Source of the DNA: Myxococcales bacterium | GTDB taxonomy: Bacteria > Myxococcota_A > Polyangia > Polyangiales > JADJMO01 | Assembly (NCBI GenBank): GCA_016709545.1 | Contig: JADJMO010000007.1 | Span: 94,009-158,008, forward strand | DNA: 64,000 bases | Direction of reading: 5' to 3' | Part shown: one piece after another, positions 63,232 through 64,000 of the stretch | How the letters are laid out: each line of letters starts with the position of its first letter | How positions within the stretch are numbered: position 1 is the first letter of the stretch | Translations under genes and position numbers: made by a program | The notes under the pieces: generated by a model | Databases searched by the model: none | The model's input: only the letters and a program-made list of their open reading frames with translations | What the model was told of the DNA's origin: nothing

Positions 63232-63869
63232 TCACGTGCAAGCGCTCCACTCACCCCAGACACATCCGTCGGAGCAGGTGCGGGTCTTCACCTTGGTGGC
63301 ATCGAGACAGGTGCCGTACTGGGTCTCGGTGGTGCCGGCGACGCAGGCCTTCTCGCCCACGCAGACGTCCGACGCCCACTCGCACGTCGACGAGCAGGTC
63401 TGCTTGCGAGTGCCGCAGCGGCCGCACGGGACGGAACGCGTCTCGGCGGGGGCACAGCTGCCCGACTCGTCGTAGCAGACGCCATAGTCGAGCCAGCTGC
63501 CACCGTCGCACAGGCGGCTGTGCTTGCCGCACTTGCCGCACGCGGTCTCCTCGACCGTGCCGCTCTTGCAAGCCCCATCGGGCAGGCTGGCCGTGTCGCC
63601 CGCCTCGCTCACTTCGGCTACGTCCGCGTCGGCGCTGCCGCTGTCTGCGCCCGAGTCGTAGCTGGACGAGTCGACGGCCGCGCTGTCGAGCGTGCCGCTC
63701 TCGAGGGCGCCGCTGTCGAGCGCGCCGCTGTCGAGCGCGCTGCTGTCGACGGTCTCCGTCTCGGCGCTGCCCGTGTCGTCGCTGCTCGTCGGAGCGGCGT
63801 CTTCGGTCGAGCAACCGCTCGCACCGAGGAAGCATGCGAGCGCGAGGCTCGCGAAGGAGTGCGTACCAT
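63232..63869 (-). CDS. Cys-rich lipoprotein with D-S-G repeat stalk, apparent frameshift near 63858
   Basis: AGAGG RBS and ATG 63869 are one base out of frame with SFASLALACFLGASGC...ALDSG repeats (15-bp units, ~63670-63750) and CGKCG/CGRCG modules like those of the Kelch protein. Confidence 0.7.
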
Positions 63870-64000
63870 GTGTCCTCTCTGCGTGACTGCCCGGCGCGCC
63901 GTTGCCGGTCGCGGGGGCGGGCTCATAGCGCGCCGCGAGGGTGCGTGCACAGTGAAAAGTGACAGTGACTCGCCGACTCGTCCAACGAAAGAGCGAGCAG

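Overview
Very GC-rich, gene-dense bacterial chromosome segment. Gene content points to Myxococcota, probably Polyangiales (inference): many lipoproteins with Asp/Ser/Thr-rich linkers, Cys-rich repeats, Ser/Thr kinase-like and FGE-like genes. I support about 55 CDS. Recognisable genes: expansin-CBM fusion (5'-partial), GH13/CBM20 amylase, L,D-transpeptidase, two tandem choice-of-anchor-L-like lipoproteins plus a SET protein, Cys-type ccmE, rimO, CAP lipoprotein, a pseudokinase-TM-TLDc fusion, a STAND ATPase-TPR-wHTH regulator, CPA1 antiporter, TolC-MFP-RND operon, MoxR-DUF58-transglutaminase operon, ferritin-like protein, RpoD-family sigma factor, cytochrome-b5 front-end desaturase, HAD hydrolase, CheY-like and LuxR regulators, stand-alone CZB, and RCC1/Kelch Cys-rich lipoproteins. 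I saw no rRNA, tRNA, CRISPR array or transposase. Sequence quality is imperfect: about 10 apparent frameshifts (several in homopolymers) and two almost A/T-free tracts (~28260-28844, ~58090-58510) are probably assembly artefacts. Best leads: the pseudokinase-TLDc receptor, a repeated H[VT]NSP lipoprotein coupled to a ferritin-like diiron enzyme, TANNNT boxes 6-10 nt before many start codons (leaderless-type genes), and a split, order-swapped lipase. Domain names come from motif recognition by eye, not database searches. Refined starts are my choices within the supplied ORFs.
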